Source of the DNA: Curvularia clavata
Taxonomy: Eukaryota
DNA: 64,000 nucleotides
Reading direction: 5' to 3'
Assembly (NCBI GenBank): GCA_023920165.1
Contig: CP089276.1
Coordinates: forward strand, 930,001-994,000
This document shows positions 13,580-27,565 of this stretch, piece after piece (the stretch's first letter is position 1; every line of letters begins with the position of its first letter). A program made the position numbers and the translations under genes. The notes under the pieces are model-generated. The model saw only the letters and a program-made list of their open reading frames with translations, made no database searches and was not told the DNA's origin.

Positions 13580-13675
13580 GAAGAAGAAGAAGAAGAAGAA
13601 GAAGAAGAAGAAGAAGAAGAAGAAGAAGAAGAAGAAGAAGAAGAAGAAGAAGAAGAAGAAGAAGAAGAAGAAGAA
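13580..13675 (+). repeat. Perfect (GAA)n trinucleotide microsatellite, about 32 units
   Basis: Uninterrupted gaa run visible directly, intergenic. Confidence 0.98.
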
Positions 13676-15507
13676 AAAAATATCACCATCCTTGACTTCA
13701 ATGCTGTAACGCGAAGCATGGTCCCAGTTCCACACCGGGTCACCGAGTCAGCCAACATGTACCAAGCATGCAGTATGCAGCCATGGATGGTGGTAGTCTT
13801 GTTCTTGCCGGCCCGACAACTTGTTGGTCCATCTTAGAATCGGGAGCACATGTCGTACGAGTCAACGGTCCGGTCATGTACTAGGTACGTTACGCAGATC
13901 GGGGCACTGTAAATGATGGCTCGGGGAACGGGGAAACGCCAATCCCACAACCCGATCGAGCAAGTGGATGGTGTCTGTGTGCGGAACAATCGCAAATACA
14001 CCACACACGACCAGTTGCAGATCGCGCAGTAAAGTCCAGGCGTTGCTCTATCCTATTCCTAGGCATGATTTGTAAGACCAAAAAATCAGGGGAAATAGAC
14101 CAGCTCTTTTTCGCTCACATCCTCCCCACACGCTCACAAGTGTCACCGTCGTCGTTTGAATGGTTCGCTTCCCCCTTCCCCCCAAATCGATCTGTCCAAA
14201 GGGGTCATCATCTGGCTTGATCGTGGCAAAACGTCTTTTCTCATCTCGGCCTCGCCGTAACCACAGATTGGATTTCTGTACCATTCTTTCGACCCGCCCT
14301 TTTGGTTTCAGCCAATGTGCTTCGCGGCCACAGATCCCCAAAAAACCCACGTTTCCCATAGCCTGTTGCCCCGTACTGTGCATGCCGACGCCGATCCACA
14401 CGGGGCCGGGCAACTCCGCACCAACCACAAAGGGCGGAGAGCTAACCTTGAGAGCCTACTACTGGACTTTCTAAAAGGACCCTATAGCATAATACAAATA
14501 GGCCCACTGTAGAAGCTTTCGGGGTCATGCACAAGCCCGAGAGAACCAGATATGCGCCCGAGTCAGGTCTTCCGACCATCGCGGGATAGTGACGTTGCCC
14601 ATCTCTAAATCACGGGTGTACGGAGACGGGTTGCTATTAACGCGAGACTTGTTTAACAAAGTTTGAGGGATTCGTCTTGCCAGTGTGTAGTGTGGATAGG
14701 ATACGGACGTAAGTATAGCCTCGAGGCACGCGGCAGGCCGCTAGAAGAAGAGCGCTACGATGGGAAAGGAAGGACTAACCTTGGGGAGAGAGCATCGGAA
14801 AGTAAGCGTACAGTATCATCATAAGTTGTTCTATAGAGTGTGAGAGGGTATCTTGGAAAAACCCCCAATTAGGGTACAGTAATGCTGTTCAAACCATCCA
14901 TCATTCTTGTGGTCCCCGCTTCCTGCAACCGCAGGCTTCCAGATACCCCAGTCCAGAGCAGGGTGTGGTAACTACACACCGGCTGGGCGCGAGTGGGTAC
15001 TGTATCCCGTGGTTGTGGAGGACATACTAGTCGCGCCATCCAAATGCGCTGATCGTCGACGGGTAGACTCGCGTGTATGCAAACAGAGCGAGAGCGACCG
15101 AAGAGGGGTCCCGATTGGCCAACCAATGGCGCTGAATTATCCCAATGTTTCGACCACCATCTTGAGTGTCCACCGGAAAGAAACAGAGCTCTTGGCTTAG
15201 GTTGAAAACATGAGAAGACATGAATCGCAGATCGCAACCCCGTTGTGATCCAAGCAGAGAGAAGAAAAATAGGAGAAAGAAGTGATGAAGAAGAAATAAA
15301 AAAGCAATCTTACAAACAGCCACCCGATGCTAACGTTTTTTTATTTTGGCCTGGAGCCCACAGAACGCCACAGTCTGCGACTGGATGCATAGCGTAGGAG
15401 AATTGGTACGATGGTCGACAAAAAAAAATGCGTCGAAAAAGGATACGAGAGATTCAAGGTAAGCCAAGAGGCCAAGGGTTGCGTCGGCGAATTTGCGGAT
15501 TTTCCGG

Positions 15508-17813
15508 TTACGCTGAAGCGGCGGCGGCAGCATCTAGACCACGCAGCTGAGGAGCATACTTGGGGTGCTTGATGAACTTGGGTACCGAGTCCTATGGGGT
15601 GGATTAGATATGGGCCAATAGACAGGAACGTGCAAAAGAGACATACACTGGACATGAGCTTGAAGATAGATTGCTGTGCCTTGTCAAAGAGAGCAGCAAC
15701 TTCATTAAGGCTTTGTAGCATGGCTGCGTCGTCTCCAACAGCACGTGTCATGCGGGTAGCTAGCTGGGTACGAAGACTGTGGTCAATGTTCAACTCGTTG
15801 GGTGAGCCAGGCGCCAGGAATGCATTGTACAGGCCTGGGTACGTTAGCAGGAGTCTATGAAGTAAAATGTATTGCCAACACTCACCATAAGCGGCAGCGA
15901 GCGTCTCACGGATGATCTCGACCTTGTTCTCGCCCTTTTCGTTGATGGCGTCCTTGTACTGCTTGTTGAACTGCTGCACCTCGAGGAAGAAGGAAAGGTT
16001 CTCCTCGCACATGGTCTCCTTAAGAAACTCGCGGTACAGAAGACGCCAGGATGGGTTGCGGATGATGACGTTGGTGCGGTTGCTGTTGGAGTCACGGGTA
16101 ACACCATCTCTCGACTTGACAGCCATATCTCCGGTTGATGGCACCTCCTCGAGGAGCCAGCCTGCTACGCGCTCGCCATGGCTGGTGATGTAGTAGTGGA
16201 CCTGCTTTGATGGCTGGAATTGCTGGTCGGAGTTGCGCGGATCAACAGGGGCAATGAGCTTGAGCTGCAGGAAGAGGGATCCAATCTCAACGGCCTCACG
16301 GGGATCAACCATGGTGGAGCAGTCCATGAGCCATTGTGCGGCGTTGCGGCCATTGAAGGTGTACTCGTACTGGCGCTGCGAGTTTGGCCGATGCTTGACG
16401 AGCTTGACACCGACATCACACTTGGAAAACTCATGTATCGAGTCAGAATCTGACGACGTCTCGTTTGCAGTGGTGCCGACGAAGCGGCGGAAGATGATTT
16501 CGACAGTCTGCTCATCGTGATGCAGCTTGTCGGTTTCTGTGTTGCGCTCGAGGACGACAAGTTGACGAGGGTTCCTGTTAGATTCAATCACGGCCCTGAC
16601 GTGAGCCGAGGCAATGCCATTGCGTGTGCAGAAGCGCTCGAGAATGTGGATGCCCTTGGGCGTTAATTGCCAGACGGAGCTCTTGTTCATAAAGTCGAGC
16701 TTTCCTTCTACCGACTCGATAAACTTTGCCTCGAGAAATCTCTGGCAAACGGAGCGGGCCATCTCCTTGGCCATGGAGAAGGTGGTGGTCGTGGTTGTTG
16801 TGACGACACGTGATGAGTCCTTGGGGTCCGGCATACGGTTGGACTGTGAAAATTTGAGAGAACCAAGGTTGGTGATTGCCTCGTCTGATGTGAAGGTGAA
16901 GTCAATCATCCTGAAGCGTACGCGGTGTGCTGTGAGGGGAAGCGAGACCATTAATGTGGCAAAGAGGTCCTTGAAGTCCTGTCCTTGGGGTTAGTCGAGT
17001 TTTTTTTTGTTTTTTTTGTGAATATTGTCAAGGTCGAGATGAGACGAAATTCAAGCGGGTTTAAGCAGACACGAGTCCAGAGTTTTTTTTAGTAGCCCCC
17101 AATCTGGAGAAGAAACAAGAGGCAATAGGCATATTGTTGACTTGACGAAACATAGCAGATAATGGTCCTCACAAGCCAATGGCTCTCGAGGCCTCGCGAC
17201 CAACCATGGTACTCACTTTTGTGTATGGGCGCTCATCGTCCGTCATGCGGAGCAAGCGTGAGCTTGTTTGATGCATCTTGTCTGGCTTGTCTTGTACCCT
17301 CCGCTTTTGCAGTAGGCGAGGAGACGGGGTGGTCTCTTGAGCAACCAAGTTGCAGTCGTGAGGGGTGGTTGAGAGCGAGGAGCGTGGTGCGCCGGTTGGG
17401 TGGAAGAGGGATTCGGCGTGGGTTTTGGACGAGGACGAGGTTATGGAGGAGACGGAGGGCGTCCTGGTCAATTCGCGGCTGCCTTTTCGGAGAAGGGGAA
17501 AGCGGGAGAGGGTGTAGCGCCTGGCGTGGGTGGCGGAGCGTGCGGCAGGCGGCGGGGGGCGGTCGCTCCTGCTGGATGTGGGCTGAAGAGGGAGGGTTTC
17601 GGACGAGGCAGAGGCAGAGGCAGAGGCAGGAGCAATGGAGAGGCGGGAGCCGTCTTCTTTGTGCTCGTCGTGGGCGGGGGCGTGGGCGTCGTCGTCGTGG
17701 TGGTGGGGCGATGGGGTGGAGAGGGCTCGGGGGTCAGGCCCAGGGACGGGGATGGTTGGATTGGCAGAGACGGAGGCAGGTGAAGGGAGAAGAGAGGGAT
17801 TAGGGAAGGGCAT
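15508..17813 (-). CDS. flbA: Regulator of G-protein signalling FlbA/Sst2 (two DEP domains plus RGS), 3 introns; start codon uncertain
   Basis: MHQTSSRLLRMTDDERPYTK|DFKDLFATLMVSLPL, NLGSLKFSQSNRMPDPKD and TTTTTTTFSMAKEMARS, then RGS box CEENLSF...YNAFLAPGSPNELNID...DSVPKF. Stop TAA at 15508-15510. Confidence 0.93.
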
Positions 17814-19510
17814 GCCGAGTAGAAAGATGATGGCGGAGAGGACCTTTGGCGGGCCTCGCTGGAGGGCGAATGTGTGGGTACCCTAGCTGGGATTGGCCTT
17901 TGTCGTGGCCCAGTGTGCCGCTCGAACAGTCGCTCACACCGCCGTGCTAGGACGGCCAGGAGGACCCAGCATGGCGCCGAATTAGCAGGCCATGACAAAG
18001 ACGCTAGGCGGCGCATACGAGACACATGGCCGCCTGCGCCGCCCACGCCCGCCTGGCCAAGGGCTTCCACGAGGCATCCCTGCCCTCGCCCGCCCCCTGT
18101 CGCTGGCGAGACGCTGCCGATGTCTTTGCCGCTGACAGGGGCTGTTTGTGCTTACCATTGCAGACGAACATGCGCACCCACTCTCTCCCGGTTGACATGT
18201 CTCTCATGTCTCTCATGTCGCCATGCCCACCTCGATGCGCGGAACAAGGCCGTGGGCAGCGGCAGCGGCAGCAGCAGCAGTCCCTCGACCGCCGCCACGC
18301 GAGACGGCAGGCACACACCGACAAGCCCTCTGGGACGTGCAGCCATGCACGCCCATGTATCATCTATCAATCAATCAATCTATCTATCTATGTGTGTCTA
18401 TGTACACGGTGTGCTCGTCGATTCCCTCTGCACCATGGCCTGACCCAGCACACGCTCGCTCGCTCGCCCGTTTCGCATCTGCATCGCCGTTGCTCCCACT
18501 CTGCCCGGACCCGTTCCCGCGTAACCTCTCACCTCACCCTGTCCCGTGGTACTCTGGACTGCTACCCTGTGCAACAAGACATGATGCACACGCACACAAT
18601 GCCCCGGAGCTTTGTCGCTGAGGCCCGCCGCCCCAAAGCAAAAAAAAAAACGTCGAGTGCCCAGCCCATGTACCCTGGCCTTAGCCTGCTCCCGCTATGG
18701 TCAGCGTGGCTGCATGGGCTCGACATGCAACACGCGCCGGCCTCGTCGGCCATTCTCTCCAATCCAAGACTGCCCCAGCACGCCTTGTCGTCATCATGTC
18801 TGAACGCGCTCGGCAGATCTGCGCCCTATCTACACACCTGGCCGATCAATGCCTGATTTTGCCCTCGGTGGAGATTGTCCTGTTTCCTAGCCTGCAGCCT
18901 GGAGAACAGACGATGTGCCGCCATTCCACGTGTGCAACCCCACCCCAACGCCAGCGTCTCGTTGGTGTGCCATGCGAGACATGTCTGATGGCCTCTGGGC
19001 CATTCATGCTCTGCTGCTGACGCCGCTGCTGCTGCTGGACCCTTTCCAGCCTGCCCTCGGCATTGCTCCGACACATCGCCGACTCTGTCACGACTGACTG
19101 CTCCCGCCACAGTCACACGCCGTGGCTTCGACACGCGCGAGGCTGCTGCTCCCTTCACCACGCCGGAAATAAACAGAAGAAACCCACTCGCCAGTTTCAG
19201 ACCGCCCTGAGCTCGCCATTAAACTGGGGCTTGCTTGACAAGGTCAAGACTCATCCCTCGTACCTACATACTCTTCCCCACCATCGTCTCCTCTCGAGCA
19301 AACTCGCAGCAACCGCGCGCACCCGCTGTGCAGCACCCTCATGCCATTTGTCCATGTGCTAGCCGCACCCAAAGTCATGATGCAAGAGATGCTGACGCCC
19401 TGGTTGCCTCTCTCCGCTTTCTGCACGCTTCGGTCAATTGGCTGCCATGCGCCCACACATTCCTAGCGGCTGCCAATCCTATCTGTAGTTACACCTTGAT
19501 TATTCCTTTT

Positions 19511-19513
<3 letters not shown>

Positions 19514-19548
<35 letters not shown>
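19514..19548 (+). repeat. (CT)n dinucleotide microsatellite, about 17 units
   Basis: Seen directly. Confidence 0.95.
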
Positions 19549-19550
<2 letters not shown>

Positions 19551-22500
19551 CTCTAAAAGGTTTTCCAAGCTCGGCCGCCCTAGCCGCAACAAAACCGACT
19601 CTAGTTTTATTTTAGCAAGATTCCCATTGCTGCTTCGCAGGGCTAAGATCTTCGGGGCTTATGACGGCGAGTCAGGCCCGCCCTCGTCAAAGTCATGCCG
19701 TGGCTACCAGGGGTCACAACACGTGGCAACCGATTCCTTTTGCTTAGCGGCCGCTGGCGTGAACGATGTGGCATAGTGTAACACCGACGCTTTTGCCCAT
19801 GCATTTCCCACTTTGAGAAAAGCTAGGCGTTCCCTCTACGCCACAAAACTCCCTCCTCGCCAAAGCCTCTCAGCGCTACTGCAAGGCTCGCTCGCAGCAA
19901 GACTGTAGCAACCTGTTCCCCCAAATCTGTGATCGCCCTCTTAGTCGTCATGGTCAGCATGGCTAGCGACGTGCTCTTTCTGACACGCATCTCATTTGCA
20001 GCTTGTTTCAACAGGGGTCGACAGGATGCCACGCAGCACCTTGCCGAGATTGAGCGCATGTCCTTTCACCCTCCGCTTCTAAAGACTTTTATCTCCACCC
20101 ATATTGCCCTGGCTATTGAGCCTCTTCTTGTCTTTGCTCGACACGGTCATTTTCTCGGGTGGGGCTATCGGTCCTCTCTGCCCGGCGCAACAAATGTCGG
20201 TGAGACGACCCAACGACCGTGGCAGACTCGAACAGAGGGTTATCGCGGATAGACTCGCTTTGCACCGCACAAAGTCAGGTCCTTTCCGGGCGCTTTTCAG
20301 CCCTCGAGTTGAGGCAGACCCAACCACTCGTGCGCTTGCTGACAAAGGCGCCCGACCGACGATCTGTCATGCCCACTAGTCCCATCAAGACGCGCCGCCT
20401 CCAGCCTGTCTGCCAGCCTGCCAGCCTGCCAGCCAGCACGCTGATGGTTGCTGCGACCGCAGCCGTGAGAGATTCTGGAACCCCGTGGTCCAAAGTATCA
20501 GGAGATGCTTCAGCCATGCAGAGCCCGTGGCGTCTCCTCACGATAACCATGATTTGACTTGTCATTGCCCTCGCTTGTCTTCGCTACTTCTGACTCGAAC
20601 CGGCCAATTCGGGTGGGTCGAGGCGGCTGCCTGCAACCGAAGGATGCAACAGTGCCCTTTATGCCTTGAAGACTCCACGAAGCCCTCGGCGGCTTCTACG
20701 GGGCCCGAGCGCCCCCGTGCACCGTGCAAAGTAGCACCTTCGAGAACAATTCTGCCGTGTTCCCGCACCTCGGATGATGCGCTGCACCGCGACAAGTCTA
20801 GAACTCTCCTCCCGGCATGACCTCCGTACTTTGGGACTGCTCTGTGCCCGTTGACGGCTAACTGACTAGGGGCCATACCAAACAAGATTTTTCTTCTTCC
20901 TTCGCTAAGTCCTTATTGCCACAATGACAGCGGGTGATGCAGGGAATATGCTTTTGCAATGCCTCCTGCAATGCCTCCTGCAAGTCAATTAGCATCCAAC
21001 ATCACACGTGCCTTGAGAAAATGAAAAAGCAGTGACAACTATGTGGTACGAGAGCCAAGACTTGTCGAACTACTATAGAATAAAGTCTAGCTAGTGGGGG
21101 TGTCATTATGTACTCTCCTATGTGTGTGCGGGGGCTAGGCGCCAGTAACATATGAGAACAAGCTCGAGAGCTTTGCATCAGAGCGTTTGCAACACCACGC
21201 CTGCCAGTGAGACCGCTTCTCCGTTGCACACCTCTATCCTTGATTATATTTAGCCGTGTAAATCACTAGACTAACGTCTTCACCGCTAGGCAATAGAGGA
21301 TCGCGTCTTCTAAGCTATAGTGATATTGACAGTCCTCCGCGGCGACATGGGCCTCTCCGCGCAACAATATGGGCAAAGAGACGGGTAAACGTTTAAGCTT
21401 CATACACTCTCCTGTCTTTCAAAGCGCCATCGCCACTATCCCACGCGTCAATCTCCACGTCTCGACCAATAGAGTTGGCATCCATCAGGTCAGGGCACGT
21501 AGGGACCTGTCATGTAACTGGTGCAGGTCTGGTTCCAATAACCCCATCATGCTATCGTTACGCTTCCCCAGGACCCTGTGGCGCTAGCTTCCACGGAACC
21601 CAAGCAAAGCAAAAGCTCATGTCAGAACCCAACATCACATGCTTGACACGGGGGCTAGTGGCGACAGCCTTTTGACCATCACATGTTCTCATGGGAATTT
21701 GGAACAATCGGATATACCATACATTGCCAAGTAGCAACATGCAGACATACTACACGTTTTGAGTCCCTCTATGCGTAGGTTTCGGCTCCCCGAGATGCCG
21801 TTTTCAGCCTACCCAAAGCGTTCGAGTGTGGAAGGAAAAAGAAATGCCCTCTCCCCTCGCGGCATTGCGAGTACAGCAATTTCCTCACCACTACGCAAAC
21901 CCACTGCATACAAACCCCCTGATGCCTCAGTAGCCGACCGCGGACCTGCCAAGCATTCTCACAACACGTCAGAGAAAAGGAACGCTGGGTTCGGCTCTAT
22001 ATACCGATGCCATACGTATCTAGACCATCGCCCTGGGAAAAACATCAGGTCATGGGAATGTAACGTCAGAGCTTGTAGTAGTATGTGACGCGGGACTATC
22101 CACTCGAGCGTCTACAGCGTCAGGATGCGCCAGTACCAGTACCTACTGTTTGCTTTGAAACCCCATCCCCACATTCATGAGATTAATGGAGTACATACCT
22201 AGTCCTGCCTAGCTGTCAAAAATCAGAAATAATAAAATCCTCCGATACGATACGTGAGTCTGTGTGTGTGTATGTGTGACTTTTTTTGGGGGGCCGGGAA
22301 CCTTTTGCGCGTTGACCACCACCCACCGCGGACCAAATCTCGAGCTTTTTTTCTTAGCCAATGAGTACACGGGATTAAGGGAAAAAAGGATGCCATTTTA
22401 TCCACTTGACAAGGCAATTTTTTTCTAAAAGGGCAAGGGCAAGCGACTACAAGCCAACACGGGGCCGTCCGACGATACCTGGTCCCTGTCCTGGTCCTGG

Positions 22501-24330
22501 TTTGCGCACAGCCTACAGACAGACACACTTTCGGCGCTAGAGTAATTACCGAAGGGAGGCTCGGTAAACAGAACAGGTACCTGTTCTGCTCGCCCAGGGA
22601 AGACGGTGGACCTCAGTGCGGAGATATGTATGCGGTGCTGGTACCCAAGTTGGCCGTGTGTGCGTGAGAGGAGAGGCACCGGGGGGGTATATAGAGTAAG
22701 GCTCTAGGTGCGAGGTATTGGCTGAGAGACTTTGGAGATGCTGGTCAGCGTAGGTTTCAGCTGCAAGATGTATCCAATGTAGGTTTATCGACCGAGGAAT
22801 CTGACTACAGGGTGTACGCTCGACGTCGTGAACGAGGTTTGTACACATATCTTCTCGCCCTCGACAACATAGTGACGCGTCGATGTAGAAGTCGGTGTGC
22901 ATCGAGCAACATGGCGTGTTCTTTTGCCGTGGCCTCCTTTCGTCACTGCCTGATTTCTCGACGTACGTACCGCGGCTTGTGGATATTGTCTCTTGACACT
23001 GAACGCAAGTGCCCCTTCCTAGCAAATGTTCTGTGCTGCAGTAGTCGAGCGTTGCTATCCCTCCTTCAGCAATCCAGCGTACACAATGCTAGAGAGTGAA
23101 ATGTGTCCTGTTATCCTTGGTGTTGCAGACAGTGCACAATGTTCCCTTGTTCGACCCCCAGTTTCCCCTTTGATTCAACCGAGTATCCGGATATCGTAAT
23201 GAGAGTGGTTTGATGCGGGAGCGGGTCATAGGCGGACTCTGTGGCTCTGGCGAGAGGGCGTTCGAGATTTGTCGGCGTTGGCGTTGTGGCTTTTTCCCAT
23301 ATGCTCGTTCGTCGGACAGTCATATGCGACAGGACCTGAATAGAAAGTTAGTTATCTGGTCTTTGTCCCTACATTGCATTGTTTAGGACTTACCACTCGG
23401 TGAGAAGTAGCCGTATCGAAACCCAGGCGTTGACATTCCAGAGCAAATGTGCAGTGGTGAGACTACGTAGAGCGGTGAATCTGCTATTGTTGTTGCCAAG
23501 GAAACGAGGGTGGTTTACCAGTAGTGACTCGTCATGTGTTGGGGATACGAAGAATGATGGCGCTGGCGTAGAAACACCGCCGTGCACAACGCTGTCCTAC
23601 CCATGGCCTGCCGGTGTCAGAACTGAAGAGGAAACGGGCCTGGTACCTGGGGCTTGGAATGTGGGGATATCGACACAGCGGTGTCGTGGCTTCATTGTGT
23701 CTCAGATTTGCATACTCACCAGTGTTGGTTTCATAGGATTAGTCTCTAAGTCTAGCAGGTGATATCGCTCGAATTAAGGGTCTTCTCATCCGTGGAACCT
23801 GTCAGATGTCTGGTATGCTCTGCGTGAAACTGCGATCAGAGGCGTCTAGTAAACTAGTAATGCCGTGGCGTGGTGTTGTGAAGAGGAAACACGAAACTGG
23901 CTCCGCACAGCTTCCACACACAAGCCACTCTATGCATCTTCCAGCTACAAAGTGACAATATCCATTGCAAGGCGCACATATGATTTCAGCTTCAAATCAC
24001 GGTCCCTTGTCAGTGGTTACTCCTTTCAGGGTATCAAAAGGAAACCGTCGAATTCATCCTGCTACAAGTACAAGTCCAAACTGCCCGATACGATGCTACA
24101 ATTACATGTCCAAACTGCCCGATACACTGCAACGATAGCCCAACTAACAAAAGAAACCCGCTTATCCCGCTCGTGGTATCATGATCCCATTCAGCCTGCC
24201 AGTGTTGTGAAGAAACATCGTGAAGTCGTAATAGAGAGTATTCAGAGAGAAGTGCCAGGGACTTCTGAGCGCAAGCCACCAGCGGCGTTTAGCTTTGTCG
24301 AGAGATGTGAAAGACTGTTCCGAAACCCTT

Positions 24331-25110
24331 TTAGAAGATTGCCGGTGCCCTATTGATCTCGGCAGTCGACAATTTGTCGAAGCGTAATAGAGGCTGCGCT
24401 GTGAACAATTCGAGGTTTTTGAACTCGATTTCCTAAATCGAGTTCTCACTCAAATTGATGTAACAGCGCTTGGGAAACGCTCCAGTTCCCGGCGCGGCTT
24501 TTGCGAAGCCTACTTCTCTCAGGTTCGGCAGCTCTTCGACATTGTCACAAAGCATATAATATCCCCACTGGTGTCTTGGCTTCCTTTCTTGGAGCCTCTG
24601 CCCACCAAAACTCGTAATCACGCGGAAACGGACACAGTCCTTGCCTTGCTTGTCCGTGTATTTCCTCACTACCACAATAGGATGGTCTTGTGGAGCAGAC
24701 AGCTGTGAACGGTTCCAAAAAATGGAGTCGGTAGGCGGATTGCCAAGGAATAAGACTTGCCCCTCGAGAAGGTCTTCAAACGATGGTAGAGTGGGCACGG
24801 CGGTAGTCTTTCGTGGGCAATTCCTCCAGTTTTCGGCAAGCAACCAGTGGTTCTGGTGCGGTCTTGGTGACGATGAAGGAGAGGGCGCGGAAGCGGAAAC
24901 GGATGACGAGGACGAGGACGAGGACGAGGACGATGGTGGAGACAAGGAACCTGGCCGCCAGGAGAGCGATGGCGCAGGTGAAGATGAACTGGTTGTTGGT
25001 GAAGATGGCAATGGACGCGTTGGAGTCGATGAGGGCGGCAACGGTTTTGTCCTTTTTGCCAGAATCAGCCTCGGTGCCCCAGTCGCGTGGTATTTTGAAG
25101 ATGATGCCAT
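24331..25110 (-). pseudogene. Uncharacterised fungal protein (Ser/Pro-rich N-terminus plus a compact beta-rich domain) with an in-frame TAG at 24433-24435
   Basis: 225-codon ORF with protein-like GQVLFL...HPIVVV...FRVITSFGG...KRCYINL. The same frame stays open for 33 more protein-like codons after the TAG, up to TAA at 24331-24333. Confidence 0.5.
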
Positions 25111-27553
25111 TATTGAAGCTGTGTTTGAATTATGTCAGAACGATGTGTTGGCAAGTCGGCAGGGTGGAACAAGAATAAATTGCTGGATGACTTGCGTGAC
25201 CGGGTGATAGAAGGATGGATGGAGAGAACAAACGGGGGAGCTGGGGATGTTTGCCTTATATGCTCACTTACTTTCACGACCATGGTACTTGAGTACTGGG
25301 TATTGGCCATGAAGCTCACAGAGTCATCAGGCAGCGACGATTTGTAGACGAATGACGAGTGGGTGGTGGGGATGGCGCGCCCAATGGTTTGTCTTCGTCA
25401 GTGTATGGTGAAAGAAGCGGGTGGAAAAATGGCCTGAACACCATGGTTGTGCACTGCAATGAGCAAATTCTCAAGTGGAACGACTTTTGATTCGGCCAAC
25501 GGGGCTTGTGACTGATAAATCTCTGGGGCAGCAGAGGCAGGACGAGGTAGAGCCGTAAGTTCCTGTCGAGGCCACCTCTTTTAGGAATATGCAGGATACG
25601 CCTGCGCGTGTGTTTGTAGGCAGTCGATCATGCCATGGGAAAAACGGCAAGCGGCATGGGCCATTGCAATGTACTGTCTGCATTTCAGACAGGAGAGCCA
25701 CATAGCTACAGGCTTCAACGGGTGTATAATGGGTGCAGAGGCGCTGCTAAGCCTGGCATTTCATGGTAGCAATGTTTACAAAGCCCACTCCAGCGATGTC
25801 GCCTCGTACGCCTAGCACCTTGCCCTCTATCGTGCCAGGCAGCGCTAGACTGCCGTCTGAATATCGAAATGGAAAGGGCAAAGCCACATTATTTACAGAC
25901 GAGAACCAGTAAGATTAAATAACACCTCTTCCGAGAATCACGTAGACCAGACAGTGCGAGGCACCCGTCGAGATTTCGCGATGTGCCAACCCTAGGTATT
26001 CATGAAGTAGAACCAGACCTGGCAATGGCAAGAAAGGAGTGGCTTTCGGATTGCTGGCTGGACTATGTGGCTTTGCATATGGCGGGCCGTGGAATCCTCA
26101 CGGTATTTCACCCACCTTCCTCTTTCTGAACCCACCTCAACATAGTGGTTTCCAGGCATCAAGTTGCAAACTCACCAGAGGTAGCTATCATTGTCGCTCA
26201 AGCCTGCAGATGACTCTTTGCCGTGCCAACGACGCGTCGCTAAGCCATGGGGCCATTACGAGGGCGTGAGAAGCCCTTCTGCATCTGTACACGCTGGCTA
26301 TTCGTATCCTACTAAGGCTGCCACAACACCTGAGAATTCGTATGAGAAGCCCACTGCAAAGTCCTATCTCAGCAGCGAGGACTGACATGGTTATGTCTTG
26401 TCTTGGTTAACTGCCGCTCGCTCACAGTACTCTGAGTCGTCTTACGCACCCTCCCAGTCGACCGCGCACGCAACACCATCATCTTTCCGAACTGGGCCAT
26501 ACTCGGCAGCCGATCCCAGCAGGATATTCATCAAAGCTGTTTATGCTTTGACCAATGAGATGACACGCAATTAAGGCGAGTGTGCTCCTTTAGAGCCATG
26601 GCATACAGGCTGAGAACCTCTCCAGACAGCACAAACACAGATAATCTGCGCGCGGAATATACAAGGCTTTGATCAGGAGGACATTTTCTGCTCGGTTTGG
26701 AACGTGAGCGCAACGGGAGTTACCACTGGGCCTTTTCGACGACGACAGTGCCGTTGTTCTGCGCAGGGACACGCCATTCACCTTTAGGACATCATGAATT
26801 GCTTTCGGATCCTTGCGAACAACGTAGCCGTATATGGCCCCTCAGAAAGCGCCTTACTACGTGCGTACCTGCACTCAGGACTCCATCGAAAACAGCGCCA
26901 TCTGTACGTGGGAAACGATACCTTGAGCCCTCCCAGAAACTCGAAGCAACGCTTCGCGGGCAAAGCCGAAGCTGTACAAGCCTGTGCGACGAATACTTGA
27001 CAAGGGGGAAACTAGGCCCTGTAGGCATCATACGTAGGAGTCTGGTTAGTGGAAGCCGCGGGTCAGCTTTTGTGGCCACCCTCTGCTCTTCTACGATAAT
27101 GTCGAGAACACCATCATAACTAGTCAAGGCTTGTAGTTACTGCCTTGAACAAACCTTTCTACAAAGAAACTCTGGTCTTCAGTATTGTGAAGAGAGCCTG
27201 TCTGTGCCGAGCGGAGAATCGACTTTGTGATGAATCCATTCGTAACAATGTACACCTTTACACTGCACCTGCTTCTATCCCTGTCGACCCGCATTCAATC
27301 ACTGTAGATATATGAATAGTAAAGCGCCTGGAATTGCCGTCCTCGTATTATCACAGCGAGCAATACAAAGCCTACTGCAGAGTCTCTCAAAGCACCAACA
27401 ACGCGCATTGCATACACCCCACCACCCATAGCCAGCCATATCTCGAAACCAGCAAAAATCAAACGCAGACAAGAATGGGTACTACCAAACTGCTAACACC
27501 TTGCAATGCTGAGCAGAGTACTAGCCAATCGTCCCAAAGCGCAAAAACAGTGC

Positions 27554-27560
27554 AAAAAAA
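27554..27560 (-). terminator. Oligo-T (T7) RNA polymerase III terminator just downstream of the tRNA
   Basis: aaaaaaa on the + strand, 5 nt past the discriminator base. Confidence 0.75.
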
Positions 27561-27565
27561 GATAG

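Noticed and set aside
13436..13837. Poly-Glu, poly-Phe and poly-Ser ORFs
   Set aside because: Translations of the (GAA)n microsatellite, with no coding features around it.
17162..19600. Many overlapping 100-270 aa ORFs around the flbA 5' end
   Set aside because: Expected in GC-rich low-complexity DNA; antisense or shadow frames with no motifs.
22546..23587. Minus-strand fragments, one faintly SH3-like (GYSVESKGKLGVEQGNIVHCL)
   Set aside because: Interrupted by stops, could not be assembled into a gene, and the similarity is too weak without a search.
26500..27130. Protein-like minus-strand fragments, possibly a decayed gene
   Set aside because: No consistent exon chain or recognisable domain.
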